A stretch of DNA of 63,895 nt, taken from NCBI GenBank assembly GCA_011051565.1, contig DRKX01000005.1:1-63895 (forward strand), written 5' to 3'. This DNA comes from Nitrospirota bacterium. GTDB taxonomy: Bacteria > Nitrospirota > Thermodesulfovibrionia > Thermodesulfovibrionales > JdFR-85. The position numbers and the translations under genes were made by a program. Below, in pieces: positions 19,477 through 28,893 of the stretch. A model generated the notes under the pieces. The model searched no databases. It was given only the letters and a program-made list of their open reading frames with translations, and was not told the origin of the DNA. Within the stretch, counting starts at the first letter, position 1. The number at the start of each line of letters is the position of its first letter.

Positions 19477-19695
19477 ATGAAGGGCAGGGTGGAGATAGAC
19501 AGGGAGCTCTGCAAGGGGTGCGGTTACTGCGTGATCGCATGTCCCAAGCGTATAATCGGGACGGATTCAGAGTTCAACAAGGCTGGCTACTACCCGGTGA
19601 GGCTGACAAGGCCGGAGGCGTGCACTGGATGCATGCTCTGTGCAGAGGTCTGTCCAGAGGTGGCGATCATGGTCTGGAGGGAAGCGGCGCGGTAA
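19477..19695 (+). CDS. Small 2x[4Fe-4S] ferredoxin (OorD/KorD-delta-like)
   Basis: 72 aa from ATG 19477, preceded by GGAGGAGGA. CKGCGYCVIACP and CTGCMLCAEVCP. Confidence 0.7.
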   Translation: MKGRVEIDRELCKGCGYCVIACPKRIIGTDSEFNKAGYYPVRLTRPEACTGCMLCAEVCPEVAIMVWREAAR

Positions 19696-19697
19696 GC

Positions 19698-20522
19698 TCA
19701 GGTGGCTCTCCTCTTCCTGACGAGCTCGTATATGGCGACCGCAGCGGTTGCCGCAACGTTGAGGCTCTCGGCTTTTCCGTAGATGGGGACCTTCAGGGCT
19801 GAGGCCGCTGCACTGCGTATCTCCGCGCTCACACCCCTCGACTCGTTCCCGAAGACGAGGGCCGCCCGGCCCGGGTAGTCGAAGTCGAAGACCGTCTTTT
19901 CCGCCTCAGGCGCCGTAATGACGACGGGTATGCCGTGGCTCGAGCACCACTTGAGGAAATCCTCCCTGTCAGCCAGCACGATGTCGAGGCTGAATACACT
20001 CCCGGCAGACGCCCTTATCACTTTCGGTGTGAAGGGGTTGGCGGAGCCCTTGAGGGAGACGAATACCCCGAGTCCTGCAGCGTCGCATACCCTGATTATC
20101 GATCCGGTGTTCCCGGGGTCCTGAATACCGTCGGATACGACGACGAGCTCGTCCCTGCCGGGTGAGAGCGCGTCGAGGCCCTTTGCCTCGACCGCACAGA
20201 CCGCGATTAAGCCCTGCGGTGTGACCGTGCCGGATATGCGTGCCATCTGGGGCCTGTCCACGACGAATACAGGTACCGCGAGGCGCGTGAGTCTTTCGAC
20301 AACGGCTGCGTGCCGCTCCTCCTTCAGCACGTCCTCTGTTACGAGTGCCGACTTTATCGCGATTCCTGACCGGAGGGCCGTCTCCACCGGACGCGGGCCT
20401 TCAACCAGTACTTCGCCGCGTGGCTCCTTCAAGGTCGGCGCGTACTTCTCGGGCCTGCTCCTCAGCTTGACGGCCTTCTTCACGGCGGGGTTATGCGGGG
20501 ATCGAAGAGTCCTCGACCTCAT
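19698..20522 (-). CDS. TrmH/SpoU-family RNA 2'-O-methyltransferase (RlmB-like)
   Basis: 274 aa. GIQDPGNTGSIIRVCDAAG, ALVFGNESRGVS, IPIYGKAESLNVAATAAVAIYE. Confidence 0.85.
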   Translation of the reverse strand: MRSRTLRSPHNPAVKKAVKLRSRPEKYAPTLKEPRGEVLVEGPRPVETALRSGIAIKSALVTEDVLKEERHAAVVERLTRLAVPVFVVDRPQMARISGTVTPQGLIAVCAVEAKGLDALSPGRDELVVVSDGIQDPGNTGSIIRVCDAAGLGVFVSLKGSANPFTPKVIRASAGSVFSLDIVLADREDFLKWCSSHGIPVVITAPEAEKTVFDFDYPGRAALVFGNESRGVSAEIRSAAASALKVPIYGKAESLNVAATAAVAIYELVRKRRAT

Positions 20523-21441
20523 TTCTCACGCGCCACTTGATGTAGACGACTATTCCCGGCATGGACCCCACCGTGTAGGCGAGGAACCAGGCAAGGGAGA
20601 TGGATGTGGCCACATCTGCCGGGATGCCCGTAAGACCGAGGAGCATCACGAAGGCACCCTCCCTCACGCCGAGCCCTGATATGGATATCGGTAGGGTGGT
20701 GAGGGTGTTGATTATGGGTATGAAGAGGAAGTACTCGATGAGCGAGGCATCGGCGCCGACACCGACGGACAGGATGTACACGGAGACTATCCCGATGACC
20801 TGTATCAGGACCGACAGGGCGAAGGCCTTCAGGATGACGGCAGGGGAGTGCTTGAGCATCCTGAAGTACTTGTGGACGCGCTTTATGGTCGTGAACCTTT
20901 TACCGATCTTGAGGACGAATATGAAGAAGCTGACGGCTATGAAGATGAGCGCTATTACGGGCACAGCCCACTCGGCACCCGTACCGCGTATCTTGTGTAT
21001 CCCGAAAGGGATGGCCGTAAGCCCGAGGGTGATCATTGCGAGAAACCCCATGTAACGGTCGGCGAAGACCGTTGCGAGTGACAGCGAACCCCTCTCGGTG
21101 TCCTTGTAGAGATAGTACGTCCTCACCGCGTCCCCTCCCACCATGCCCGGCAGGAAGCGGTTGAAGAAGGCCCCCATGAGATAGAGGGAGAAGAGCCTGA
21201 AAGTGCCCAGTTCACCGAAGTCCCCCCCGAGCGGCTTCAGCAGGGTCTTCCACCTGACCGTCGAAGTGAAGAGCGAGAGCAGATAGAGCAGCATCGCCGC
21301 GACGAAGCTCAGGGGGTTCATCTCCTTGAGGGTCAGGTACACCTCCCTGATGCCCGCCTTCCTGAGGACGAAGTAGAGGATGGCGGAACTTATCGATATC
21401 TTCACCAGGAGCGTGAAGAGCTTATTTCTCTTTCCTGCCAA
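20491..21441 (-). CDS. Flippase-like/UPF0104 membrane protein (LPG-synthase TM-region family)
   Basis: 316 aa, polytopic. RWKTLLKPLG...FNRFLPGMVGGDAVRTYYL is typical of this family. Overlaps the GT2 gene by 20 nt. Confidence 0.75.
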   Translation of the reverse strand: MAGKRNKLFTLLVKISISSAILYFVLRKAGIREVYLTLKEMNPLSFVAAMLLYLLSLFTSTVRWKTLLKPLGGDFGELGTFRLFSLYLMGAFFNRFLPGMVGGDAVRTYYLYKDTERGSLSLATVFADRYMGFLAMITLGLTAIPFGIHKIRGTGAEWAVPVIALIFIAVSFFIFVLKIGKRFTTIKRVHKYFRMLKHSPAVILKAFALSVLIQVIGIVSVYILSVGVGADASLIEYFLFIPIINTLTTLPISISGLGVREGAFVMLLGLTGIPADVATSISLAWFLAYTVGSMPGIVVYIKWRVRNEVEDSSIPA

Positions 21442-22429
21442 GTATCTCCTTGATTACGTAGATCGGTTTTTTCTGGCTCTCGTGATAGACCCTCACGAGC
21501 ATCTCGCTTATGAGCCCCATGCCTATGAGCTGAATTCCGACGATTATGAGCAGTATGCTCAGAAGCAGGAGGGGCCTGCCCCCTATGGACTCGCCGAAGA
21601 GTATCTTCCTGGCCGACAGGTAGAGCGAGAGCGTGAAGCCGGTCAGTCCGCACCCGAGCCCCAGGGGACCGAAGAACTGTATGGGCTTCGTGGAGAAGCT
21701 CTGGAGAAACTTCACCGTTATGAGATCGAGCATCACCTTGACCGTCCTTGATATCCCGTACTTCGACTTTCCCCTGAGCCTCGGGTGATGAGTCGTCTCC
21801 ACCTCTGTCACGCTCACGCCGTACCAGCTTGCCACCGCGGGTATGAATCTGTGCATCTCACCGTAAAGCCGCAGACTCTTCACGACCTCACGCCTGTACG
21901 CCTTCAGGGAACAGCCGTAGTCGTGCAGCCTCACGCCCGTGACCCTGCTTATGAGCCAGTTCGCAGCCATCGAGGGGAGCCGCCTGCTCAGGTAGGGGTC
22001 CTTCCGCTCCTTCCTCCAGCCGCTGACGAGGTCGAAGTCGTCTATGCGGGAGAGGAGCTTCGGGATGTCGGCTGGATCGTTCTGGAGGTCGCCGTCCATT
22101 GTTATGATGACGTCACCGCGCGCTACGTCGAACCCTGCTGCGAATGCGGCGGTCTGCCCGAAGTTCCTCCTAAGTATCAGTACGACCGTGCGCTCGTCAG
22201 AGCGCGACAGTTCTTCAAGGAGCACCGGCGTGCCGTCCGTGCTGCCGTCGTCCACGTATATGAGTTCGTAGTCGATCCCGATGGATGAGAGCACACCGGT
22301 CAGTCTCTCGTGGAGCTCTTCCACGTTCTCTTCTTCGTTGTACAGAGGGATTACCACGGAGAGCCTTTTCAGCCAGGCCGGTCTCTCAGAGAGCCTTTCT
22401 TCATTCTGTTCTCTGGTCGAGTTGTTCAA
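21422..22429 (-). CDS. Family 2 glycosyltransferase (polyprenol-phosphate glycosyltransferase, GtrB/ArnC-like) with C-terminal TM helices
   Basis: 335 aa. LSVVIPLYNEEENV, YVDDGSTDGT, ITMDGDLQNDP, two C-terminal TM segments. TTG start. Confidence 0.85.
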   Translation of the reverse strand: MNNSTREQNEERLSERPAWLKRLSVVIPLYNEEENVEELHERLTGVLSSIGIDYELIYVDDGSTDGTPVLLEELSRSDERTVVLILRRNFGQTAAFAAGFDVARGDVIITMDGDLQNDPADIPKLLSRIDDFDLVSGWRKERKDPYLSRRLPSMAANWLISRVTGVRLHDYGCSLKAYRREVVKSLRLYGEMHRFIPAVASWYGVSVTEVETTHHPRLRGKSKYGISRTVKVMLDLITVKFLQSFSTKPIQFFGPLGLGCGLTGFTLSLYLSARKILFGESIGGRPLLLLSILLIIVGIQLIGMGLISEMLVRVYHESQKKPIYVIKEILGRKEK

Positions 22430-22993
22430 TTCGGTTTCCTTTTCCCGCTCGGCGGCCCCGGGATTATGTTCAGAAGAAATAAAGACTTCCTGTACAAACC
22501 GCCTGAAGCCGGTCCGTAGACAAAGGGTCTCTTATTTTACACATTTCATTGCCGCTAAGACAAACGAGGCTGCATAGGCCCAGACTGCGCACCATTAAGG
22601 AGTATTGGAGTGCACGTGTCACAATATGTGAAGTCGATTACTCATGGACGGTGCCGTTTTTCGTCACCACCTGGATGCCTCCAGGTCGATGCGGCAGGAG
22701 AATGCAAACAAATACAGGGTGTTAGCAGGTCCGGGTTCCGGATGTTTTTCAAGGCCTTTTACGGGCGGAACATTATATTTTGTTAATCATTACAGGTGGG
22801 TTGAGCGCGTGACGCGGGAGTGCCCGCCCGTGATGCATCGATGGCGGGCATGGTACTTGCTTGTTGCTATTAGAGCTGCTAATATATAAAAACAGGCAAC
22901 GGGTCGTATTCGCGGTCGTCACCCGGTAACAAACACGGTAGCATGATGGAAGAGTGAAATAACTGCACGAGGGGTGCAGGCTGGGGGCAGAGA

Positions 22994-24238
22994 ATGGAGA
23001 ACATGCAGTCGATAGCGAACATCCTGATATTCATGGCAGCCACTGTGGGTGTCATAAGCGTGGTGATCTACATAATCGGCCTCTTCAGGCAGCCTGACCG
23101 GGAGGAAGAGGAGAAGAACAGGAGAGAGCACTTTGGTACGCTCAGGGAGATATCGCTCAGGGACCAGCGTATCCGGGAGCTCCAGTCCGAAGTACAGCGC
23201 CTCAACGAGCTCAACAGCCGCTACCTCGTCTTCATGTTGAACATCCCCACGGTGGTCATGCACCTCAACTCCACGCTCGAGTTCGACGAGATTGCATCCA
23301 CTATCATCCGGCTGGTGAGGGACATAATAGCCACCGACACGGTCGAACTCTACATATATGACAAGGAGGCGGACCTCCTGAAGAGGGTTTCGCCTGACGG
23401 CAAGGTGGAGGACGGCATGACGTATGCCCTCGGCGAGGGACTGATCGGCAGGGCGGGTCAGCACCGCATGCTCAGGATCAGGGGCCGAGGTGACGAGGGC
23501 TACAGCGGCAAGAAGGACAAGGAGCAGGTGGAGGCGAACATCTACATGGCCGCCCCGATCCACTTCAGCAACCGCCTGCTCGGTGTCATCGGTGCCGGTG
23601 AGATAAAGAACCCGAGCGGTAACGAGGGCAGTCTGCTGAAGATGATCGCCGACATCGCCGGCGTTGCGTTGTTCAACCAGAAGTTCCTCAGCGGTGCTAA
23701 GAAGAAGGCCGAGGTCGACCCGCTGACGGGTCTCTATAACCGCCGCTACTTCTTCCACATGGTCCAGAAGTTCGTCGAAAAGTCGATCCTCGAGGACACC
23801 CCGATCTCGATCTTCCTGTTCGACATAGACAACTTCAAGCACTACAACGACACGAACGGCCACGCGGAGGGCGACAAGCTCCTGAAGGAGCTGAGCGAGC
23901 TCGTGGCGAAGTTTACGCGGAAGACATCCGTTGTCGCACGTTACGGCGGCGAGGAGTTCATAGTGATGCTGCCGGAGATTTCGAGGGAGGAGGCGTTCGT
24001 GTATGCCGAGAGGGTCCGCGAGATGATCGCCTCACACCCGTTCGCCCACAGGGAGAAACAACCCCTCGGGATCATCTCTATAAGCGGTGGGGTTGCGAGC
24101 TTTCCCGCAGACGGCAGGTCGATCCACGAGGTGATCCAGCTGGCCGACGCCGCCCTCTATCAGGCAAAGAGGGAGGGACGCAACCGCATAATCATGCACA
24201 AGCCCTTCATGTTTTCAGACACGTCCTCGGAGGGCTGA
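22994..24238 (+). CDS. Membrane-anchored GAF-GGDEF diguanylate cyclase
   Basis: 414 aa. N-terminal TM, coiled coil, GAF-like middle, DPLTGLYNRRYF...FDIDNFKHYNDTNGHAEGD...RYGGEEF. Confidence 0.9.
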   Translation: MENMQSIANILIFMAATVGVISVVIYIIGLFRQPDREEEEKNRREHFGTLREISLRDQRIRELQSEVQRLNELNSRYLVFMLNIPTVVMHLNSTLEFDEIASTIIRLVRDIIATDTVELYIYDKEADLLKRVSPDGKVEDGMTYALGEGLIGRAGQHRMLRIRGRGDEGYSGKKDKEQVEANIYMAAPIHFSNRLLGVIGAGEIKNPSGNEGSLLKMIADIAGVALFNQKFLSGAKKKAEVDPLTGLYNRRYFFHMVQKFVEKSILEDTPISIFLFDIDNFKHYNDTNGHAEGDKLLKELSELVAKFTRKTSVVARYGGEEFIVMLPEISREEAFVYAERVREMIASHPFAHREKQPLGIISISGGVASFPADGRSIHEVIQLADAALYQAKREGRNRIIMHKPFMFSDTSSEG

Positions 24239-24267
24239 CCCCAAACATCGCCGGCCTTGATTTGACG

Positions 24268-25830
24268 TCACTGTCTTGACGTGTGTCGACGTGTCTGGCC
24301 TCTCAGCCCGAGGCTGTACGCTGTGATGGCTTCGACCAGTGCTTCGACTGTGGCGGTTTCGGGGACGATCTCCACCTTGAGCCCGGCCCTCTCGATCGCC
24401 GCTGCAGTGACAGGGCCTATCGCTGCTATCGTGACGCCGGCAAGCAGGTCTCCGGCCTCATCACCCATCATCTCGCAGAAGTTGGTGAACGTGGCCTCTG
24501 AGGTGAACGTGGCGATGGTGATCCTGCCTTCCCTGAGAAAGCGCTTCATCCGCTTGCCGTGACTTTCGGGCTTGACCGCCCTGTAAGCGACCGGGGTGTC
24601 TATCTCGCCGCCCGCCCCTCTCACCGCCTCGGGGAAGACCTCTCGCGCAGTCTCGGCACGCGGCAGCAGTATCTTCATGCCCCTGAAAGCGCCGGGGCCT
24701 CCGAAGGCGCGTATCAGCCCCTCCGCCCTGAAGCTCTCCGGCACGAGGTCGACCTTGAGTCCGAATCTCCTGACCTCGGCCGCGGTCTTCGCGCCTATGG
24801 CGCATATCTTTATCCCGTAGAGCTCCCTCACGTCCCTGTCGAGGTCGAGGAGTCGCCCGAAAAAAGACCTCACGCCGGCTGCACTGGTGAAGACGATCCA
24901 GTCGTAGTCGCCGACCCTGCCGATGGCGGTGTCGAGCGCCTGCCAGGACTCGGGCGGCACCACCTTTATGGTGGGAAAGACCGTCACCTCGGCCCCGAGT
25001 TCCTCGAGCGGCTCGAACCCGCCGGCGTGCTCGCGCGTGACGAGCACCCTATGGCCGAAGAGCGGTTTCTTCTCGAACCAGTCGAGTTTATCTCTCAACC
25101 TTACCACGTCTCCGACGACGACGACGGCCGGGGGTCTTATCTCGCTGTTCCTCACCGCAGCCGGTATCTCGCCCACGGTCGAGACGATCGTCCTCTGCTC
25201 CGCCCTCGTGCCCCAGCGTATCACCGCAACCGGTGTGTCAGGGGCCTTGCCGTTGTCGATGAGCCTTTGGGATACCTCTTCAATGTTCTTTATCGCCATG
25301 AGAAACACGATGGTGCCGCTGCCTTTTGCAAGGGCGGGCCAGTCGATGCTGCTCTCCTTCTTCGTCGAGGCCTCGTTGCCCGGGACCACCACGAAGGAGG
25401 ATGCGTAGTCCCTGTGCGTCAGGGGAATTCCGGCATAGGCCGGTGCGGCGATGGCAGAACTTATGCCCGGGACCACCTCGAACCTTATGCCTGCCTCTGT
25501 GAGGACCTCTGCCTCTTCGCCGCCGCGTCCGAAGACAAAGGGGTCTCCGCCTTTCAGCCTGCATACATCCTTTCCCTCGAGGGCCTTCTTCACGAGCACG
25601 GCGTTTATCTCCTCCTGGGTCATGTCGTGGCGCCCCCCGCGCTTTCCTGCGTAAATGAGTTCTGCATCACGCTTTATGTAGTCGAGTATATGGACGTTGA
25701 GGTGGAAGTCATAGACGACGACGTCGGCCTTCTGAAGACACCTCAACCCCTTTATCGTCAACAGCCCTATGTCTCCGGGTCCTGCGCCGACGAGATAGAC
25801 CGTACCTTTTGCCTCTTTCATTGTATTCAC
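24268..25830 (-). CDS. cobA/hemD: Fused uroporphyrinogen-III C-methyltransferase / uroporphyrinogen-III synthase
   Basis: 520 aa. N-half VYLVGAGPGDIGLLTIKGLRCLQKADVVVYD...KGGDPFVFGRGGEE (SUMT). C-half is HemD-like (RVLVTRE...). Confidence 0.9.
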   Translation of the reverse strand: MNTMKEAKGTVYLVGAGPGDIGLLTIKGLRCLQKADVVVYDFHLNVHILDYIKRDAELIYAGKRGGRHDMTQEEINAVLVKKALEGKDVCRLKGGDPFVFGRGGEEAEVLTEAGIRFEVVPGISSAIAAPAYAGIPLTHRDYASSFVVVPGNEASTKKESSIDWPALAKGSGTIVFLMAIKNIEEVSQRLIDNGKAPDTPVAVIRWGTRAEQRTIVSTVGEIPAAVRNSEIRPPAVVVVGDVVRLRDKLDWFEKKPLFGHRVLVTREHAGGFEPLEELGAEVTVFPTIKVVPPESWQALDTAIGRVGDYDWIVFTSAAGVRSFFGRLLDLDRDVRELYGIKICAIGAKTAAEVRRFGLKVDLVPESFRAEGLIRAFGGPGAFRGMKILLPRAETAREVFPEAVRGAGGEIDTPVAYRAVKPESHGKRMKRFLREGRITIATFTSEATFTNFCEMMGDEAGDLLAGVTIAAIGPVTAAAIERAGLKVEIVPETATVEALVEAITAYSLGLRGQTRRHTSRQ

Positions 25831-25848
25831 CTCTATGTTCGTCTCTAT

Positions 25849-26814
25849 TCAGATTTCGGGATTCCTTCCGTAGACGCTGTCGAGAATCTCCCTGGCGCCC
25901 CTTGAGAGCAGGTCCTCGGCAAGCCCGATGCCGACAGGCTCTGCGGCATCAGGGCCGCCCTCCTCACGCCCCCTGATGATCCTATCGCCTGAGACGCTTC
26001 CCACGAGGCCATCCAGCACGAGTTTTCCGCTGCTGAGCCTCGCATGGGCGCCGATCGGCACCTGGCAGCCCCCCTCGAGCCTCCGGAGGAAGGCCCTCTC
26101 GGTCCTGACGCACACGGCGGTCTCCTCGTGATTCAGGGGTGCGAGCAGGCCGTTGATGAAAGGGTCTTCGACCCTGCACTCTATTCCCACGGCACCCTGC
26201 CCGATCGCCGGCAGGCTCACCTCGGGCGGGAGCAGCTCGGTTATCCTGTCGTTCCAGCCGAGCCTCTTGATCCCGGCTGCGGCGAGTATCACGGCGTCGA
26301 ACTCTCCTTCGTCGAGTTTTCTCAGGCGCGTGTCGATGTTCCCGCGCAGCTGTTTTATCCTCAGGTCAGGCCTCAAGTTGAGCAGCTGGCACGACCTCCT
26401 GAGGCTGCTCGTCCCGACGACGGCCCCTTCGGGTAGGTGTTCCAACCCCTTGAACCTGAACCCGCCGTCTCCGTCCCGCCGGCTTATGAACGCATCCCGC
26501 GGGTCCTCCCTCCTGCATATGACGGCGAGGTGCAGGCCCTCTGGGAACTCCGTGGGGACGTCCTTCATGCTGTGGACCGCGATGTCGGCCTCGTGCCTGA
26601 GAAGCGCCTCCTCAATCTCCTTGACGAAGAGTCCCTTGCCGCCGACCTTTGCAAGCGGCACGTCGAGTATCTTGTCTCCGGTGGTCCTGATCTTGTTGAT
26701 CTCGACGCTCAGTCCAGGGTGCAGCCGCTCGAGTTCCGACCTCACCCACTCGGCCTGCCACAGTGCCAGCCTGCTTCCCCTCGTGCCTATGATCACCTTT
26801 CTATCTCGATCCAT
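25849..26814 (-). CDS. hemC: Hydroxymethylbilane synthase (porphobilinogen deaminase)
   Basis: 321 aa. [17 protein letters not shown]..., [19 protein letters not shown]. Confidence 0.93.
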   Translation of the reverse strand: MDRDRKVIIGTRGSRLALWQAEWVRSELERLHPGLSVEINKIRTTGDKILDVPLAKVGGKGLFVKEIEEALLRHEADIAVHSMKDVPTEFPEGLHLAVICRREDPRDAFISRRDGDGGFRFKGLEHLPEGAVVGTSSLRRSCQLLNLRPDLRIKQLRGNIDTRLRKLDEGEFDAVILAAAGIKRLGWNDRITELLPPEVSLPAIGQGAVGIECRVEDPFINGLLAPLNHEETAVCVRTERAFLRRLEGGCQVPIGAHARLSSGKLVLDGLVGSVSGDRIIRGREEGGPDAAEPVGIGLAEDLLSRGAREILDSVYGRNPEI

Positions 26815-28075
26815 TGTTCTCCCCTATGCCGTAAAGCCTCCTTATCATTGCGATCAGCATGTCCCTGTCCTCCGTGTCCTCCTTGAGCGCGACCGTCGGG
26901 GGGTGAATGAGCTTGTTCACGACCGCGGAGACGGCATACTCGATCGCCCTTCTCTGTCTCTCGTCCACGTTCCCGAGTCTGTTCATGAGCCTTTCGAGCT
27001 CCGCCTGCTTGATCTCCTCGGCCCTGTTGCGGAGCTCCACTATGGTGGGGACCGAATCGAGCGAGGTCTGCCACTTCAAGAACTTCTCGATCTCCTCCTC
27101 TATGATGGCCTCGGCCCTCTCGGCCTCCTTCTTCCTCCCCTCGACGTTCGAGTCGACGATTCCCTGCAGGTCGTCGACGTCGTACAGGTAGACGTTGTCT
27201 ATCTGGTTTATCTCGGGGTCTATGTTGCGGGGTACGGAGATGTCTATTATGAAGACCGCCCTGTTCTTCCTCCCCCTCATGATCATCTGCATGTCCGACT
27301 TGTGCAGGATGTATGAAGGGGCTCCGGTCGAACAGATGATGATGTCGGTGTTGACGAGTTCCTTGATGAAGTCCTCGAACCTCACGGCCCTCCCGCAGAA
27401 CTCCTTGGCGAGCTCGACCCCCCGCTCGTAAGTCCTGTTAACGACGGTCACGTCCTTAACGCCGTTCTTTATCAGGTGCCTGACGGCCAGTTCCGCCATC
27501 TCTCCGGCTCCAAGCAGCATGAACCTCTTGTCTTCGAGGTCGGCGAATATCTTCTTCGTGAGTTCGACCGCGGCATAACTGATGGAGACCGCGTTCTCGG
27601 CGATCCTCGTCTCTGTCCGCACCCGCTTTGCAACGCTTATGGCCTTCTTGAGGAGGCGGTTGAGGATGACGCCGGTTGCGCCCCTTGAGAGGGCGAACTC
27701 GAATGCGTCCTTCAGCTGGCCCAGTATCTGGGGCTCACCCACGACCATCGAGTCGAGACTCGAGGCGACCCTGAAGACGTGCCTTATCGCGTCCCTGTCG
27801 GCGTAGAAGTAGAGGGAGCCTTCGAGACTCCCTGCGTCTATGGAGTGGAACTCGGAGAGAAAGGCCTTCATGGCGGCGGCGGCCCTGTCCGGGTCTGATA
27901 CGTGGGCATATATCTCCACCCTGTTGCAGGTGGAGAGTATCATGGCTCCCTTGACCTCGGAGAGCCGGAGAAGCCCCTTCAGCCCCGCTTCCAGTCCGGG
28001 GCCGTCGAAGGCGAGTCTCTCCCTCACCTCTACTGGAGCCGTCTTGTGGTTGAGTCCTGTGACTAATACCCTCAT
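26801..28075 (-). CDS. hemA: Glutamyl-tRNA reductase
   Basis: 425 aa from ATG 28075 (ATGA overlap with the upstream stop). [47 protein letters not shown]. The 623-aa track ORF is an out-of-frame upstream read-through. Confidence 0.9.
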   Translation of the reverse strand: MRVLVTGLNHKTAPVEVRERLAFDGPGLEAGLKGLLRLSEVKGAMILSTCNRVEIYAHVSDPDRAAAAMKAFLSEFHSIDAGSLEGSLYFYADRDAIRHVFRVASSLDSMVVGEPQILGQLKDAFEFALSRGATGVILNRLLKKAISVAKRVRTETRIAENAVSISYAAVELTKKIFADLEDKRFMLLGAGEMAELAVRHLIKNGVKDVTVVNRTYERGVELAKEFCGRAVRFEDFIKELVNTDIIICSTGAPSYILHKSDMQMIMRGRKNRAVFIIDISVPRNIDPEINQIDNVYLYDVDDLQGIVDSNVEGRKKEAERAEAIIEEEIEKFLKWQTSLDSVPTIVELRNRAEEIKQAELERLMNRLGNVDERQRRAIEYAVSAVVNKLIHPPTVALKEDTEDRDMLIAMIRRLYGIGENNGSR

Positions 28076-28893
28076 CTGACGAAAGTGTGAACTCCCTTGA
28101 GCAGCAGATTTACTCCGAAAAACGTGAAGATCACCACGGAAAAGCCGAAGATCGAGAGTATGGCGGCCTTCTTGCCCCGCCAGCCGGCCGTCAGCCTCAC
28201 GTGTAGGACGAGGGCGTAGATCAACCATGTGATCAGAGACCAGACCTCCTTGGGGTCCCAGCGCCAGTAGCTCCCCCATGCGCTCTCGGCCCATAGGGCG
28301 CCCGTGATTATCGCGAGCGTCAAGAGTGGAAACCCGAGCGTTATCAGCTTGTAGCTCACCTCGTCGAGTATCTGGAGGCTCGGCAGCCTGTTGGAGAGGC
28401 TTCCCAGTCTCTTCCTCTTGATGAAGTGCTCCTGCACGAGGTACATCACCCCTATGCCCGCGGCCAGGGCAAAGGCTGCGTCTCCCAGGAAGGCCAGCGC
28501 CGTATGAATGCCGAGCCAGTAGCTCTGGAGCATCGGGCTTACGGGTTTTATCTCGCGCGGCAGCACCGACGAGGAGAGCATGAGTATGAAGACCACGGGC
28601 ATTATGAACGAGCCGAGCAGCCCTATCCTGTACCTGTACTCGATGAAGAAGAAGAGCAGCACTATGCACCACGAGAAGAAGGAGGATGCCTCGTGCATGT
28701 TCGTCACCGGTATGCGCCCGGACAGGAGGCTGACCGCGATGTTGGCCGTGTGGAGGGCAAAGCCGACGGCGGCAAGGACGAGCATGATTCTGGTCGTGGC
28801 CCTGCTCCCCCTGAAGAGCTCCACGACACCGACTATCGTCGCCGCAAAGTAAAAGGTCAGGGCGAGTTCAAAGAGTATAACCATCAGAAACAA
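28072..28893 (-). CDS. Cytochrome c assembly family membrane protein (CcsA/HemX-like)
   Basis: 273 aa, polytopic. Trp-rich haem-handling motif WAESAWGSYWRWDPKEVWSLITWL. Sits directly upstream of hemA, as B. subtilis hemX does. Confidence 0.8.
   Translation of the reverse strand: MFLMVILFELALTFYFAATIVGVVELFRGSRATTRIMLVLAAVGFALHTANIAVSLLSGRIPVTNMHEASSFFSWCIVLLFFFIEYRYRIGLLGSFIMPVVFILMLSSSVLPREIKPVSPMLQSYWLGIHTALAFLGDAAFALAAGIGVMYLVQEHFIKRKRLGSLSNRLPSLQILDEVSYKLITLGFPLLTLAIITGALWAESAWGSYWRWDPKEVWSLITWLIYALVLHVRLTAGWRGKKAAILSIFGFSVVIFTFFGVNLLLKGVHTFVR

Noticed and set aside
22680-22760. GEMM-type c-di-GMP riboswitch or SRP-RNA-like motif (AATGCAAACAAAT, CAGGTCCGG) upstream of the GGDEF gene.
   Set aside because: Only short chance resemblances. 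The paired GGCAAACC/ACGCAAAGC elements of GEMM-I and the SRP domain IV GGAAGGAAGCAGC context are both missing.
22644-22889. 81-aa ORF in the large intergenic region.
   Set aside because: No RBS. Its composition differs from neighbouring genes and it spans a terminator-like hairpin. I treated the region as non-coding.
24261-24300. Cluster of TGACGTCA / TGACGTGT / CGACGTGT repeats between the cyclase gene and cobA/hemD.
   Set aside because: All but the first lie inside the last codons of cobA/hemD (…TRRHTSRQ*). A short codon-level repetition explains them.
28076-28672. The 623-aa ORF suggests a 198-codon N-terminal extension of hemA.
   Set aside because: The extension overlaps the ccsA/hemX-like gene in another frame and has no HemA similarity. 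[14 protein letters not shown] at ATG 28075 is the canonical HemA N-terminus, and it is coupled (ATGA) to the upstream stop.
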